From contig CANSAF010000006.1 in the NCBI GenBank assembly GCA_947644645.1, forward strand, positions 14,917 to 78,916: a stretch of DNA of 64,000 bases, in the 5' to 3' direction. This document shows positions 19,501 to 29,118 of this stretch, in pieces (the first letter of the stretch is position 1; every line of letters begins with the position of its first letter). Origin of the DNA: an uncultured Sporosarcina sp. (GTDB lineage Bacteria > Bacillota > Bacilli > Bacillales_A > Planococcaceae). A model generated the notes under the pieces. That model did not search any database and had not been told where the DNA came from. It saw only the letters and a program-made list of their open reading frames with translations. Both the position numbers and the translations under genes were made by a program.

Positions 19501-20203
19501 ACCACGTGAAGTAATTCCGACACCTGTCTTCTCAGGTTCAAATAAGCTAGGACGTAGATATTCACCATTTACAACGAATATTGAAAGACTTGTCCCATTT
19601 AGAACATTAACAGGTCGTCAACATTTCTATATTGATCATGAGTTGTTTTTGGACTTCGGGGAAGCATTACCAGTTTATAAACCAACATTACCGCCAATGG
19701 TTTTCGGACCGAAAGACAAACAAATTATCGGCGGACAAGATTCACTCGTTTTAAGATATTTAACGCCACATGGTAAGTGGAATATTCACTCAACTTATCA
19801 AGATAACCAACATATGTTGACATTGTTCAGAGGAGGTCCAACGGTTTGGATTTCTGATGAAGATGCAAAAGAACATGATATCGATGACAACCAATGGTTA
19901 GAAGTTTATAACCGAAATGGTGTTGTAACAGCACGTGCGGTTGTCAGTCACAGAATGCCAAAAGGAACGATGTTTATGTATCACGCACAAGACAAACATA
20001 TTCAAGTTCCGGGTTCTGAAATTACAGATGAGCGCGGTGGAAGTCATAATGCGCCAACAAGAATTCATATGAAACCAACGCAAATGGTTGGTGGTTATGC
20101 ACAACTTAGTTATGGATTTAACTATTATGGACCGATTGGAAACCAACGTGATGTTTACGTAGCAGTTCGTAAGATGAAGGAGGTTAATTGGCTTGAAGAT
20201 TAA
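16514..20203 (+). CDS. narG: Respiratory nitrate reductase alpha subunit
   Basis: THGVNCTGSCSW...EPRGCPRG FS0 motif, SFYDWYADLP, TPHGKWNIHS; 1229 aa. Confidence 0.98.
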   Translation: MQKQRRKKKFGLNYFKPIEKFSGTWSILEEKSRDWENMYRQRWSHDKVVRTTHGVNCTGSCSWKVFVKNGIITWENQQIDYPSCGPDMPEFEPRGCPRGASFSWYEYSPLRVKHPYIRGKLWRMWTAAVSELQDPVKAWASIVEDEEKANSYKKARGKGGHVRVDWRDATIMIAAQLIYTIQKYGPDRIAGFTPIPAMSMVSYASGARFISLLGGEMLSFYDWYADLPPSSPQIWGEQTDVPESSDWYNSGYIIMWGSNVPLTRTPDAHFLTEVRYKGTKVVSVAPDYAESVVHADDWIAAEPGSDAAVAQAMTHVILDEFYQKRQEPMFLNYAKQYTDMPFLILLDEHEGAYKAGRFLRASDLGNASQHAEWKPVIFDEAKNDIIVPNGTMGQRWEDDVKWNLILENEDGTIVEPALSIAEHEAEWKEIVFPYFDNVANGTFKRPIPAKKIVCADGKERLVATVHDLMLSQYGINRINSPLEASGYDDAESFYTPAWQEKITNVKPELVTQIAHEFAQNAIDTGGRSMIIMGAGINHWFNSDTIYRSILNLVTLTASQGVNGGGWAHYVGQEKCRPIEGWGTIAFARDWQAPPRLQNATSFFYFATDQWKYEEMGADLLMSPTAGEARYEHPADYNVLAARLGWLPSYPQFNKNSLMFAEDAAKAGKKTTEEIVNYTVEQLKSGEVEFAAEDPGAPENFPRSLFVWRSNLVSSSAKGQEYFMKHLFGASDGLLASPNEDVKPEEMRWREDVEGKLDLLVALDFRMTATPMYADIVLPAATWYEKHDLSSTDMHPFVHPFNPAVDPLWEARSDWDIYRSIAEAFSTMAKTHLPGVYKDLVTTPLAHDSAQEIAQPYGEVKDWKTGEVEAIPGKTMPAMTIVERDYTQVYDKYVTLGPLLATGKVGAHGVSFSVAEEYEMMKGINGTYFDETIKNGLPKLHTAKQAAEAMLTLSSATNGRVSQKAFEVAEDLTGVELKDISADRSAERFTFANITAQPREVIPTPVFSGSNKLGRRYSPFTTNIERLVPFRTLTGRQHFYIDHELFLDFGEALPVYKPTLPPMVFGPKDKQIIGGQDSLVLRYLTPHGKWNIHSTYQDNQHMLTLFRGGPTVWISDEDAKEHDIDDNQWLEVYNRNGVVTARAVVSHRMPKGTMFMYHAQDKHIQVPGSEITDERGGSHNAPTRIHMKPTQMVGGYAQLSYGFNYYGPIGNQRDVYVAVRKMKEVNWLED

Positions 20204-21800
20204 AGCGCAAGTTGCAATGGTGATGAACTTAGATAAATGTATTGGCTGTCATACTTGTAGTGTGACGTGTAAAACGACATGGACGAACCGTGAAGGTGCT
20301 GAATATATGTGGTTTAACAACGTCGAAACGAAACCAGGTATCGGTTATCCGAAACGCTGGGAAGACCAAGAACTTTATAAAGGCGGTTGGCATTTAAATA
20401 AAAAAGGTAATTTAGAACTGAAATCAGGATCGAAATTATCGAAAATCGCTTTAGGTAAAATTTTCCACAACCCAGATATGCCGGAAATGAAAGATTACTA
20501 TGAGCCTTGGACATATGATTATGAGAAGTTAACAACAGCTGGTGATAGTAAAAATACGCCAGTTGCAAGAGCAAAATCAGTGATGACGGGTGAATATATG
20601 GACTTAGAATGGGGTCCGAACTGGGAAGATCAGCTTGCGGGTGCGCATATTACAGGACCGAAAGACCCGAACATTGAAAAGATTGAAGAGGAAATTAAAT
20701 TTAATTTTGAACAAGCATTTATGATGTATTTGCCTAGACTTTGTGAACATTGTTTAAATCCAAGTTGTGTTGCATCTTGTCCATCAGGTGCGATTTACAA
20801 GCGTGACGAAGACGGAATTGTACTCGTTGACCAAGAAGCTTGCCGCGGTTGGCGTTATTGTATGACGGGTTGTCCGTATAAAAAAGTTTACTTCAACTGG
20901 AAAACAAATAAAGCGGAAAAATGTACATTCTGTTTCCCACGTGTTGAATCTGGACTTCCAACAGTTTGTTCAGAAACATGTACAGGTCGAATTCGTTATT
21001 TAGGCGTTTTATTATACGACGCAGACCGTGTGTTAGAAGCAGCTGCAACGCCAGATCCACAAGATTTATATAAAGCACAATGCGATTTGTTTTTAGATCC
21101 AAATGATCCAGAAGTGATTGAGCAAGCTAGAAAAGATGGCATTACAGATGAATGGATTGAAGCAGCACAAAATTCGCCCGTTTATAAATTAGCAATTGAA
21201 TATAAACTTGCGTTTCCATTACATCCAGAATATCGTACGCTTCCAATGGTTTGGTATGTGCCACCGTTAAGCCCGATTATGAACTATTTTGAAGGAAAAG
21301 ATTCGATTAAAAATCCGGATATGATTTTCCCGGCAATTGAAGAAATGCGAATTCCAATTCAATATTTAGCGAATATGTTAACAGCGGGAGATACAAAAAC
21401 GGTAAAAGAAGCATTACAAAGAATGGCAATGATGCGTTCTTATATGCGTGCATTATCGTCTGGAAAAGATTTTGATGAATCGAAATTAGAACGTGTTGGG
21501 TTAACTGCACATGCAACGCAACAAATGTATCGACTATTGGCAATCGCGAAATATGAAGATCGCTTTGTTATTCCGACATCTTCAAAGAGAGGTCATATGA
21601 ATGCGTATCGTTCACAAGGTTCTGCAGGTTATGAAGAAATGGGCGATTACAGTATGGGTACAACAGAAAGTCCATACAATTATGCAACAGCAATTCCTGT
21701 AGCAGACGGTAGTTGTGATGGTTGTGGACCTGCGACACCGCAGAAAACAGGTAAGCAAATTTACGAAGAAAATTTCTACGGGGGGATTTGGCGTGATTGA
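20193..21800 (+). CDS. narH: Respiratory nitrate reductase beta subunit
   Basis: CIGCHTC...C, CEHCLNPSC..SCP, CRGWRYCMTGCP, CTFC...CSETC Fe-S motifs. Confidence 0.98.
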   Translation: MKIKAQVAMVMNLDKCIGCHTCSVTCKTTWTNREGAEYMWFNNVETKPGIGYPKRWEDQELYKGGWHLNKKGNLELKSGSKLSKIALGKIFHNPDMPEMKDYYEPWTYDYEKLTTAGDSKNTPVARAKSVMTGEYMDLEWGPNWEDQLAGAHITGPKDPNIEKIEEEIKFNFEQAFMMYLPRLCEHCLNPSCVASCPSGAIYKRDEDGIVLVDQEACRGWRYCMTGCPYKKVYFNWKTNKAEKCTFCFPRVESGLPTVCSETCTGRIRYLGVLLYDADRVLEAAATPDPQDLYKAQCDLFLDPNDPEVIEQARKDGITDEWIEAAQNSPVYKLAIEYKLAFPLHPEYRTLPMVWYVPPLSPIMNYFEGKDSIKNPDMIFPAIEEMRIPIQYLANMLTAGDTKTVKEALQRMAMMRSYMRALSSGKDFDESKLERVGLTAHATQQMYRLLAIAKYEDRFVIPTSSKRGHMNAYRSQGSAGYEEMGDYSMGTTESPYNYATAIPVADGSCDGCGPATPQKTGKQIYEENFYGGIWRD

Positions 21801-22350
21801 TTTACAAATGCTTTATGAAGAAAGACCACTCTTTGGTTTTTTTGCAAATCAACTCACATACCCTGAAAAATTAACGTATCATCCGGCGGTATTTGAAGAG
21901 TCTGTGTACTCTTCAGATCCGGCGTATGAAAGTTTAAAAACGTATTGGGATAAAATGCATGAATATAGTCTTGAAGAAATTCAGGAAATGTATACGAATA
22001 CATTTGATTTTCAAAAAGAAACGACTTTGTTCATGACATATGTAAAGTATGAAGATGCAAAAGACCGTGGTCAAATGTTAGCAAAGTTGAAAGTCCTTTA
22101 CGAAATGTTTGGTTTAAATATGGGCGATAATGAACTATCCGATTATTTACCATTAATGTGTGAATTTATTTATGCGGCAGAATGGTTAGGTGATGACCGT
22201 GCGCCACAAAGTTTTGGCATGCTTTTAGCAGTTATGGAAGACGGCACCTATCATCTATTAAAAGCATTGGAAAAGCAAAACAGTCCTTACTTCCATTTAA
22301 TAAAAGGATTACGAGAAACGTTTAAGTCTTGTATTCGTCAGGAGGCGTAA
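21793..22350 (+). CDS. narJ: Nitrate reductase molybdenum cofactor assembly chaperone
   Basis: GTG start overlapping the narH stop; YTNTFDF, ELSDYLP motifs; operon position. Confidence 0.92.
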   Translation: MIDLQMLYEERPLFGFFANQLTYPEKLTYHPAVFEESVYSSDPAYESLKTYWDKMHEYSLEEIQEMYTNTFDFQKETTLFMTYVKYEDAKDRGQMLAKLKVLYEMFGLNMGDNELSDYLPLMCEFIYAAEWLGDDRAPQSFGMLLAVMEDGTYHLLKALEKQNSPYFHLIKGLRETFKSCIRQEA

Positions 22351-23036
22351 TGACAATGGTCGATCAATTTTTATGGGTGATTTTTCCTTATTTATGTATT
22401 GCCACGTTCATCGTTGGGCATGTTTTTAGGTATCGTACAGATCAATTTGGTTGGACGGCAAAATCGAGTGAATTTCTTGAGAAAAAGCAGTTAATGATTG
22501 GTAGTCTTTTATTCCATATCGGGATTATTCCCGTCATCGCGGGGCATGTTGTGGGTTTAGGTGTACCCAAAGAATGGACACGTGCGGTAGGAATTAGTGA
22601 TCATCTTTACCATATGGGGGCTATTTGGGTTGGTGGATTTTTTGGAGTAGTTACATTTTTAGGAATGTTTATTTTAACATCACGCCGTTTTACGATTAAA
22701 AGCGTTCGAAAATTATCATCGACATCCGATTTAATTGTCAATGCGTTATTATTATTTATCGTTTTTATCGGCATGTACAGTGTCATTGGAACGAGTGTTA
22801 CGCAGCCAGATTTTGACTATCGTGATTCGATTTCAATTTGGTTCCGTTCATTATTAATCTTCCGGGCAGATGCAAGTTTTATGTCACAAGTGCCGTTAGC
22901 ATTCCAATTACATGTCATTTCTGGCTTTTTAATCACAGCAATGTGGCCATTTACGAGACTCGTTCACGTATGGAGTGTGCCATTGAACTATGTTGGTAGA
23001 AGTTATATCATATATAGAAAGCATCGTTCGGAATAA
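22350..23036 (+). CDS. narI: Respiratory nitrate reductase gamma subunit (cytochrome b)
   Basis: WTAKSSEFLE, FHIGI...GH, LHV...PFTRLVH heme ligands. Confidence 0.95.
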   Translation: MTMVDQFLWVIFPYLCIATFIVGHVFRYRTDQFGWTAKSSEFLEKKQLMIGSLLFHIGIIPVIAGHVVGLGVPKEWTRAVGISDHLYHMGAIWVGGFFGVVTFLGMFILTSRRFTIKSVRKLSSTSDLIVNALLLFIVFIGMYSVIGTSVTQPDFDYRDSISIWFRSLLIFRADASFMSQVPLAFQLHVISGFLITAMWPFTRLVHVWSVPLNYVGRSYIIYRKHRSE

Positions 23037-23083
23037 TGACTGGAAAAGAACAGCTTACTTTTCCGATTTTAGGAGTAAACGCT

Positions 23084-23551
23084 ATGTATGAACAACAAAC
23101 ATTTAATTTTGAACAAGCGATTCAAAAAATTAAAGAGCAATTTCAATTTGACTTTGTCGCATTAGCTCTTGTGCAATCCGTGCAGTTTCATTTCGTTTTA
23201 AAATGGGAATATGTGCTGGGTAATCGCAGTATGCGTTATAAAAGAATCATTTTGCAAAAAGGAAAAGGTATTGCCGGAAATGTATTTAAGACAGGAAAAC
23301 CCATGTTAATGACAAATGTTGAAACAGAACTAAGTAAAGGTGATTTATTTAATTACCCAATTGTTGTTGCAGAAGGTCTGACGAGTTTTGGTGCAACCCC
23401 ACTTTATAGAGAAGGGCGAGTTGAAGCGGTAATTTTAGCGGCTTTTCGAAATACAAGAAAGATGACACCAGAGCGATTTGACCAATTTGAGATTGCTGTA
23501 ACGGAAGTATTTGGGACGTATTACAACAAGGAAATGGTGAAGGAAATATGA
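23084..23551 (+). CDS. nreA: GAF-domain nitrate receptor NreA
   Basis: GKGIAG.V.KTGKP...YPIVVAEGL.SF; RBS AGGAG before ATG 23084; order narI-nreABC as in staphylococci. Confidence 0.85.
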   Translation: MYEQQTFNFEQAIQKIKEQFQFDFVALALVQSVQFHFVLKWEYVLGNRSMRYKRIILQKGKGIAGNVFKTGKPMLMTNVETELSKGDLFNYPIVVAEGLTSFGATPLYREGRVEAVILAAFRNTRKMTPERFDQFEIAVTEVFGTYYNKEMVKEI

Positions 23552-24600
23552 CACAAACGGATTTTCAATTAACAGATTTGTTGATGAAAATGTACAATCA
23601 TTCAGTTGAAGCGATTTTCTTTTTTGATCAATCTAAAAAGGTGATTTCCATGAATAAAGCCGCTGAACAAATTTTAGATAAAGAAATTGTTCAGAAAATG
23701 ATTCAAGGAGAAGAAAAGGCAATTTGTCTTTCGTGTAAAGGCTATACGAGTCCACATGAATTGCAAACATGTTTTTCCTGTTATTTAGAAAATCCGATAG
23801 GTGATTTCAGCTCATTTCAAGTTTATTTGGATACGTTAGGAAAAGGTGTAGTGCCTTATACAGCAAGCTATCAAACAATTGATGAGGAAAATGGCATCAG
23901 AATGTTTATGTTGAGAGACTTAACAAGTCAGTTTAAAACACAGGAAGCTTTGCATCAAAATATGATGACAAAGCGTGTGATTCAAGCGCAGGAAGATGAG
24001 CGGAAAAGAATATCACGAGAGTTGCATGATAGCGTTGCACAAGAAATGTTAAGCGCACTTGTCGATTTACGCGTCTTAAAATATATGAATGTTGGGGAAG
24101 AGGCCATGGCGAAAATTCAACAGACCGAAGTTTCGCTTATGCGCTTGCTCGATGATATACGTCATCTCTCAGTAGAACTAAGACCTGCAACCCTCGATGA
24201 TCTCGGTTTAGAAGCAGCATTCAGAACACATTTTAAATGGATTGAAAAAAATTATGGTTTGGTTATCGACTTCAAATCGACCTTAAAGGCGAAACGTTAT
24301 GAAGAAGAACTAGAAACAGTCGTTTATAGAGTTTGCCAAGAAGCGGTTTTCAATGCTTTAAAATATGCTGAAACGGAAGAAATTCGAGTAGAAATAGTAG
24401 AAGAACATGAGCATTTAATTTTATTTGTGGAAGATTCTGGTGTCGGTTTTGATCAGGCGGAAGGTGGACCTCGTGGTACAGGTTTAGGACTCTACGGGAT
24501 GAGGGAAAGAGCTGAATTAGTTGGCGGCCGTCTAATCATTCGAACAGCACTAGGGCACGGCACAAAAATTATTTTAAGATTACCGCTTCAGTTTAAATGA
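23548..24600 (+). CDS. nreB: O2-sensing Fe-S histidine kinase NreB
   Basis: C-X2-C-X11-C-X2-C (CLSC...CFSC); [15 protein letters not shown]; [11 protein letters not shown]; [11 protein letters not shown]. Confidence 0.9.
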   Translation: MTQTDFQLTDLLMKMYNHSVEAIFFFDQSKKVISMNKAAEQILDKEIVQKMIQGEEKAICLSCKGYTSPHELQTCFSCYLENPIGDFSSFQVYLDTLGKGVVPYTASYQTIDEENGIRMFMLRDLTSQFKTQEALHQNMMTKRVIQAQEDERKRISRELHDSVAQEMLSALVDLRVLKYMNVGEEAMAKIQQTEVSLMRLLDDIRHLSVELRPATLDDLGLEAAFRTHFKWIEKNYGLVIDFKSTLKAKRYEEELETVVYRVCQEAVFNALKYAETEEIRVEIVEEHEHLILFVEDSGVGFDQAEGGPRGTGLGLYGMRERAELVGGRLIIRTALGHGTKIILRLPLQFK

Positions 24601-24614
24601 AAGGAGGGCATTAT

Positions 24615-25262
24615 TTGAAAATTATTATTGCGGATGATCATGCGGTCGTTAGAAGTGGCTTCATGCATATTTTAAACTATCAAGAAGATATGGAAGTTGT
24701 AGCAACGGCCGCGGACGGTTTAGAAGCTTATGCACTCGTTGCTAAATATGAGCCGGATGTTTTATTGATGGATTTAAGTATGCCACCAGGGGAAAGCGGC
24801 TTAATTGCAACTGGGAAAATCCATGAAGATTTTCCGAATACGAAAATTTTAATTTTAACGATGCATGACGATGAGGAATATTTATTTCATGTTTTGAAAA
24901 ATGGTGCTGCTGGATACGTTTTAAAAAATGCGCCAGATGCTGAATTATTGTCGGCAATTCGTACCGTACATAATGGTGGCACATATATTCATCCAACGAT
25001 GGCTACATCACTCGTACGCGAATTTGTTAAGCATGACACAATGGGATCTGAAGATGATCCGTTTCAAATTTTAACGAAACGAGAAATCGAAGTTTTACCG
25101 CTCGCTGCAAAAGGATATGGCAATAAAGAAATCGCCGAGAAACTATTTATTTCAGTAAAAACGGTCGAAGCGCATAAAGCAAAAATTATGGAAAAGTTAA
25201 AATTGAAAAGTCGTCCAGAATTAATCGAATATGCCCTTCGAAAAAAACTTTTAGATTTTTGA
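24615..25262 (+). CDS. nreC: NarL-family response regulator NreC
   Basis: [21 protein letters not shown], LuxR HTH LTKRE...[16 protein letters not shown]; TTG start after AAGGAGG. Confidence 0.9.
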   Translation: MKIIIADDHAVVRSGFMHILNYQEDMEVVATAADGLEAYALVAKYEPDVLLMDLSMPPGESGLIATGKIHEDFPNTKILILTMHDDEEYLFHVLKNGAAGYVLKNAPDAELLSAIRTVHNGGTYIHPTMATSLVREFVKHDTMGSEDDPFQILTKREIEVLPLAAKGYGNKEIAEKLFISVKTVEAHKAKIMEKLKLKSRPELIEYALRKKLLDF

Positions 25263-25281
25263 GTGGAAAGGTGCGTTTAAT

Positions 25282-25821
25282 ATGGCTGAAGTAGCGAATT
25301 TTAAGTTTTCATTGCCAGCGCTGCGCGTGTTGGAAAATGAACATCAATATTTAACTTATTTAATGGAAGAGTGGCATCTTATCGTATTGGCATTTGAACG
25401 TAATGTTTATACAGTGGAAGAAGGTAGAGAAGCGCTTGGCACATTAAGAAAATTAATCGTTAATTTTATTGAACCATTGAAAAATCATACCGATAAAGAG
25501 GAAACATTTTTATTTCCAATGTTGTCGAAATATGTAGGAGATGAGCAAGGTCCTGTAATGGCAACGGAAGAAGAACATGAAGAAATTGATGCGTATATCG
25601 GTCATTTTTTGCATCATACATTGGGTGATTTAAGTCAATTTACAATGGAAGATATGCAAAAAGTTGTTGGGGATGCGGCGGAAGCTTTTGAAGTGATTAC
25701 CGTCCATTTTGTGAAAGAAGAATCGATTTTATTTCCAATGGTAGATAATGTTTTACGAATTGAAGAACAAGATCAGCTTTATGAGCAATTGTATACACCG
25801 ATTATAAAAATGGATTCTTAG
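25282..25821 (+). CDS. Hemerythrin (HHE cation-binding) domain protein
   Basis: EHQYL, HTDKEE.FLFP, EEHEEI, HFVKEE.ILFP. Confidence 0.85.
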   Translation: MAEVANFKFSLPALRVLENEHQYLTYLMEEWHLIVLAFERNVYTVEEGREALGTLRKLIVNFIEPLKNHTDKEETFLFPMLSKYVGDEQGPVMATEEEHEEIDAYIGHFLHHTLGDLSQFTMEDMQKVVGDAAEAFEVITVHFVKEESILFPMVDNVLRIEEQDQLYEQLYTPIIKMDS

Positions 25822-25827
25822 AAGATA

Positions 25828-25892
25828 CAGGTTTTCCCCTTAAACGAATAGGGAAATCCCCGATTTAGGTATGAAAGAATAAAAGATATAAT
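25828..25892 (+). promoter_or_regulatory. Putative NreC-activated narK promoter
   Basis: CAGGTTTTCCCCTT at 25828; TAGGGAAATCCCCG at 25849; -10 TATAAT at 25887-25892. Confidence 0.7.
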
Positions 25893-25941
25893 GAAATAGA
25901 ATCTCAATCATTCATTACTATAAAATAAGTAGGTGGTTTGC

Positions 25942-27432
25942 TTGATCAAAAAAGTTCAATTACCATTACAAACATTAAACTTAACGATAGGCTTTGCGGT
26001 TTGGGTATTAATTTCATCTTTATTACCGTTTATTGTTGAAGATATTACGATACCTGCTGAGAAACTCGCAATCGTTACAGCTGTACCGATTGTTCTTGGA
26101 TCTGTTTTACGAATTCCTTTTGGATACTATGCAAATATTATTGGTGCGAGACTTGTTTTTCTCATTAGTTTTCTTTTATTGTTATTTCCAGTTTTTTATA
26201 TTAGCGCTGCATCATCATTTATGGATCTCATTATTGGTGGAACATTCCTAGGGATTGGAGGCGCTGTGTTTTCAGTTGGTGTAACGTCTTTACCAAAATA
26301 TTACCCGAAAGAAAAGCATGGGCTCGTCAATGGGATTTACGGAATGGGGAACTTAGGGACTGCGGTTTCCACGTTTTCTGCTCCTATCATTGCAGCGCAA
26401 ATTGGTTGGTCTGCAACAGTTAAGTTATATCTAATTGTTCTATTAGTCTTCGCGGCACTAAACTTTTTCTTAGGCGATAAAGACGAACCAAAAGTGAAAA
26501 CTTCTATTACTGAGCAGATTAAAAGTGTTTATAAAGATGAAAAGCTATGGTTCTTTTCATTATTCTATTTTATTACATTCGGTTCGTTCGTCGCATTTAC
26601 AGTTTTTTTACCAAACTTCTTAGTATCTTACTTTGCCATTGATAAAGTAGATGCGGGAATGCGAACGGCTGGATTTATTGTCCTTGCAACATTTATGCGT
26701 CCTCTTGGTGGTTGGTTAGGTGATAAATTCCCACCGTTAAATTTATTAATGGCTTGTTTCGCAGGGTTAACTGCGGCGGCGGTGGTCCTTGCATTTTCAC
26801 CGTCAATTGCTTTGTATACTGTCGGATGTTTAATTATCGCAGTTTGTGCCGGTCTTGGAAATGGCTTGATATTTAAATTAGTACCGATGTATTTTAATAA
26901 ACAAGCGGGGATTGTGAATGGGATTGTCTCAATGATGGGTGGACTTGGTGGATTTTTCCCACCATTATTACTAGCGGCTGTCTATTCCATGACAGGTTCA
27001 TATTCAATTGGATTTATGGCATTTTCCCAAGTAGCACTCGTTAGTTTTGTCCTTGTTATTTGGCTGTACTATATGGATCGTCTAAAACTCTCTTCAGAAG
27101 TATTCGAGTCTACTGGTCAAGGAATTCTTGTAACGAATGCGGAAGGAACGATTGAAACGGTTAACCCAGCATTCACTGAATTGACGGGTTATTCTGAAGA
27201 AGAAGTCGTTGGACGAAACCCAAATATACTCAGTTCAGGAAAACAGTCTTCTGACTTTTACACATCGATGTGGAGCCAAATTGGTCAAGAAGGTGAATGG
27301 GAAGGCAAGTTGTGGAATAAACGAAAGAACGGCGAAGAATACTTAGAGTTACTAACGATTCATACGATTAAAGATAAATCTGGGGAAGTCGTTCGTTATG
27401 TAGGAACATTTACAGATATTACACCAGAGTAA
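25942..27432 (+). CDS. narK: NarK/NarT nitrate-nitrite MFS transporter with a C-terminal PAS domain
   Basis: GSVLRIPFG, FYFITFGSF, MRPLGGWLGD, GLGGFFPP; C-terminal GILVTNAEG.IETVNPAF..LTGYS.EEVVGRNP...WEG...NKRKNG PAS; probable TTG start. Confidence 0.9.
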   Translation: MIKKVQLPLQTLNLTIGFAVWVLISSLLPFIVEDITIPAEKLAIVTAVPIVLGSVLRIPFGYYANIIGARLVFLISFLLLLFPVFYISAASSFMDLIIGGTFLGIGGAVFSVGVTSLPKYYPKEKHGLVNGIYGMGNLGTAVSTFSAPIIAAQIGWSATVKLYLIVLLVFAALNFFLGDKDEPKVKTSITEQIKSVYKDEKLWFFSLFYFITFGSFVAFTVFLPNFLVSYFAIDKVDAGMRTAGFIVLATFMRPLGGWLGDKFPPLNLLMACFAGLTAAAVVLAFSPSIALYTVGCLIIAVCAGLGNGLIFKLVPMYFNKQAGIVNGIVSMMGGLGGFFPPLLLAAVYSMTGSYSIGFMAFSQVALVSFVLVIWLYYMDRLKLSSEVFESTGQGILVTNAEGTIETVNPAFTELTGYSEEEVVGRNPNILSSGKQSSDFYTSMWSQIGQEGEWEGKLWNKRKNGEEYLELLTIHTIKDKSGEVVRYVGTFTDITPE

Positions 27433-27437
27433 AGAAG

Positions 27438-27482
27438 AGGGCATTCGGTCATATTACCGGACGCCCTTACTCTATTCTTTTA
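27438..27482 (+). terminator. Probable terminator
   Basis: AGGGCATTCGGT-catatt-ACCGGACGCCCT. Confidence 0.55.
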
Positions 27483-27500
27483 AGAAATGAGGGATTTGGG

Positions 27501-28520
27501 TTGGAAGAACGTTATTCCCGGCAAATATTATTTTCACCAATTGCTGAAGAAGGTCAGCGTCATATTTCAAAATCGACGGTACTGATCATCGGTTGCGGTG
27601 CGCTTGGTACGGCAATATCAGAAACGCTTGTCCGTGCGGGTGTGAAGAAAATAATACTCGCAGATCGTGATTACGTCGAAGCGTCTAATTTGCAAAGACA
27701 ACAATTGTTTACAGAAGAAGACGCGCGCCAAAAAATACCGAAAGTCATTGCAGCTAAACGGCGACTTGTAGAAATTCGTTCAAATGTTGAAATTGAAGTC
27801 GTATTGGATCATATTGATGGTGAAAAAATGGCGAAACTTGTAAAAGGCTGCGATTTATTACTCGATGCAACGGATAATTTTGAAACGAGATTAACGATGA
27901 ATGATATTGCATGGAAATATAAAATTCCATGGATTTACGGCGCTTGCGTTGGAAGTACGAGCATTAGTTTTTCATTTATCCCCGGAAAAACACCTTGTTT
28001 TCAATGTTTACTGCCTGCATTGCCATCCGTGAATGAAACATGCGATACAGCGGGCATTATTGCACCGGCTGTTCAAATTACAGCATCACATCAAAGTGCA
28101 GAAGCATTGAAATGGTTATCAGGTAATCACGATGCAATGCGTACAAAAATGTTAACGTATGATTGTTGGCATAATACAAGCATTGAAGTAGGGATTTCCC
28201 GTTTACAAAAGTCGACTTGTCCAACATGTGGGGAAACGCCGAGTTATCCAGCATTAAACAGAGAGCATGAGACGAGTTTTGCTGTACTTTGTGGAAGAAA
28301 TACAGTACAAGTGATTCCAGAGAAAAATCGTCTTCTAACACTTGAGGAAGTTGCAACAGTCGCGAACCGTTTAAATAAATCTTATAAAAAAACACCTTAT
28401 TTTATAGAAATGATGATGAATGATTATCGAGCGATCATATTTAAAAATGGACGATTACTGATTCATGGTTTAAAAGATGTTCAAGAAGGAAGAAAAATTT
28501 ATCATCAATACTTTGGATGA
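27501..28520 (+). CDS. moeB: Molybdopterin-synthase adenylyltransferase (MoeB/ThiF family)
   Basis: RYSRQ, GCGALG, DRDYVE.SNLQRQ, DATDNF, CFQC and CPTC Zn motifs. Confidence 0.9.
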   Translation: MEERYSRQILFSPIAEEGQRHISKSTVLIIGCGALGTAISETLVRAGVKKIILADRDYVEASNLQRQQLFTEEDARQKIPKVIAAKRRLVEIRSNVEIEVVLDHIDGEKMAKLVKGCDLLLDATDNFETRLTMNDIAWKYKIPWIYGACVGSTSISFSFIPGKTPCFQCLLPALPSVNETCDTAGIIAPAVQITASHQSAEALKWLSGNHDAMRTKMLTYDCWHNTSIEVGISRLQKSTCPTCGETPSYPALNREHETSFAVLCGRNTVQVIPEKNRLLTLEEVATVANRLNKSYKKTPYFIEMMMNDYRAIIFKNGRLLIHGLKDVQEGRKIYHQYFG

Positions 28521-29050
28521 ACAAGGAGGATAAAATGGCTAAGGAACATGAGTATTCAAAGAATCAATCATTAAAAATTGCTGTACTAACAGTGAGTGAC
28601 ACGAGACAAATGGAAACCGACCGCGGTGGAGATACGATTCGAGAGTTGCTGCGAGAATCGGGACATCAAATACTTACATCATTGATTTGCAAAGATGAAC
28701 GTGTGGAGATTCAGCATGCCGTTGAATCATTAACGAATGATGAAAGCATTGACGCCGTTATTACGACAGGTGGTACGGGACTTGGTTTTCGGGATGTAAC
28801 TGTTGAAGCCATTGAGCCATATTTCACAAAGAAGATTGTTGGCTTTGGAGAGTTATTTCGCATGTTAAGTTACACGGAAGATGTCGGTTCGAAAGCTTTA
28901 TTAAGCCGTGCGGAAGCAGGCATTGTAAGGGAAAAAGCAGTATACATATTGCCGGGTTCGGTAAAAGCAGTACAACTTGCGATGAATAAATTGGTGTTAC
29001 CGGAGTTACATCATATTGTTCATGAAATTACAAAGCATCGGAGTCGCTAG
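28517..29050 (+). CDS. moaB: Molybdenum cofactor biosynthesis protein B
   Basis: VLTVSDTR, TTGGTG...RDVTVEA, GFGELFR, LPGS. Confidence 0.9.
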   Translation: MNKEDKMAKEHEYSKNQSLKIAVLTVSDTRQMETDRGGDTIRELLRESGHQILTSLICKDERVEIQHAVESLTNDESIDAVITTGGTGLGFRDVTVEAIEPYFTKKIVGFGELFRMLSYTEDVGSKALLSRAEAGIVREKAVYILPGSVKAVQLAMNKLVLPELHHIVHEITKHRSR

Positions 29051-29118
29051 TAAAATCGACTTCAGATTTTACTAACACATCGCGATGCCTTGTAGTGATT
29101 TTGATATAATTAGTCTGT

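Noticed and set aside
21690-21800. Extra Cys pair (GSCDGCGP) in the NarH C-terminal tail as a novel cluster
   Set aside because: As I recall, similar tails occur in other Firmicute NarH proteins; not distinctive.
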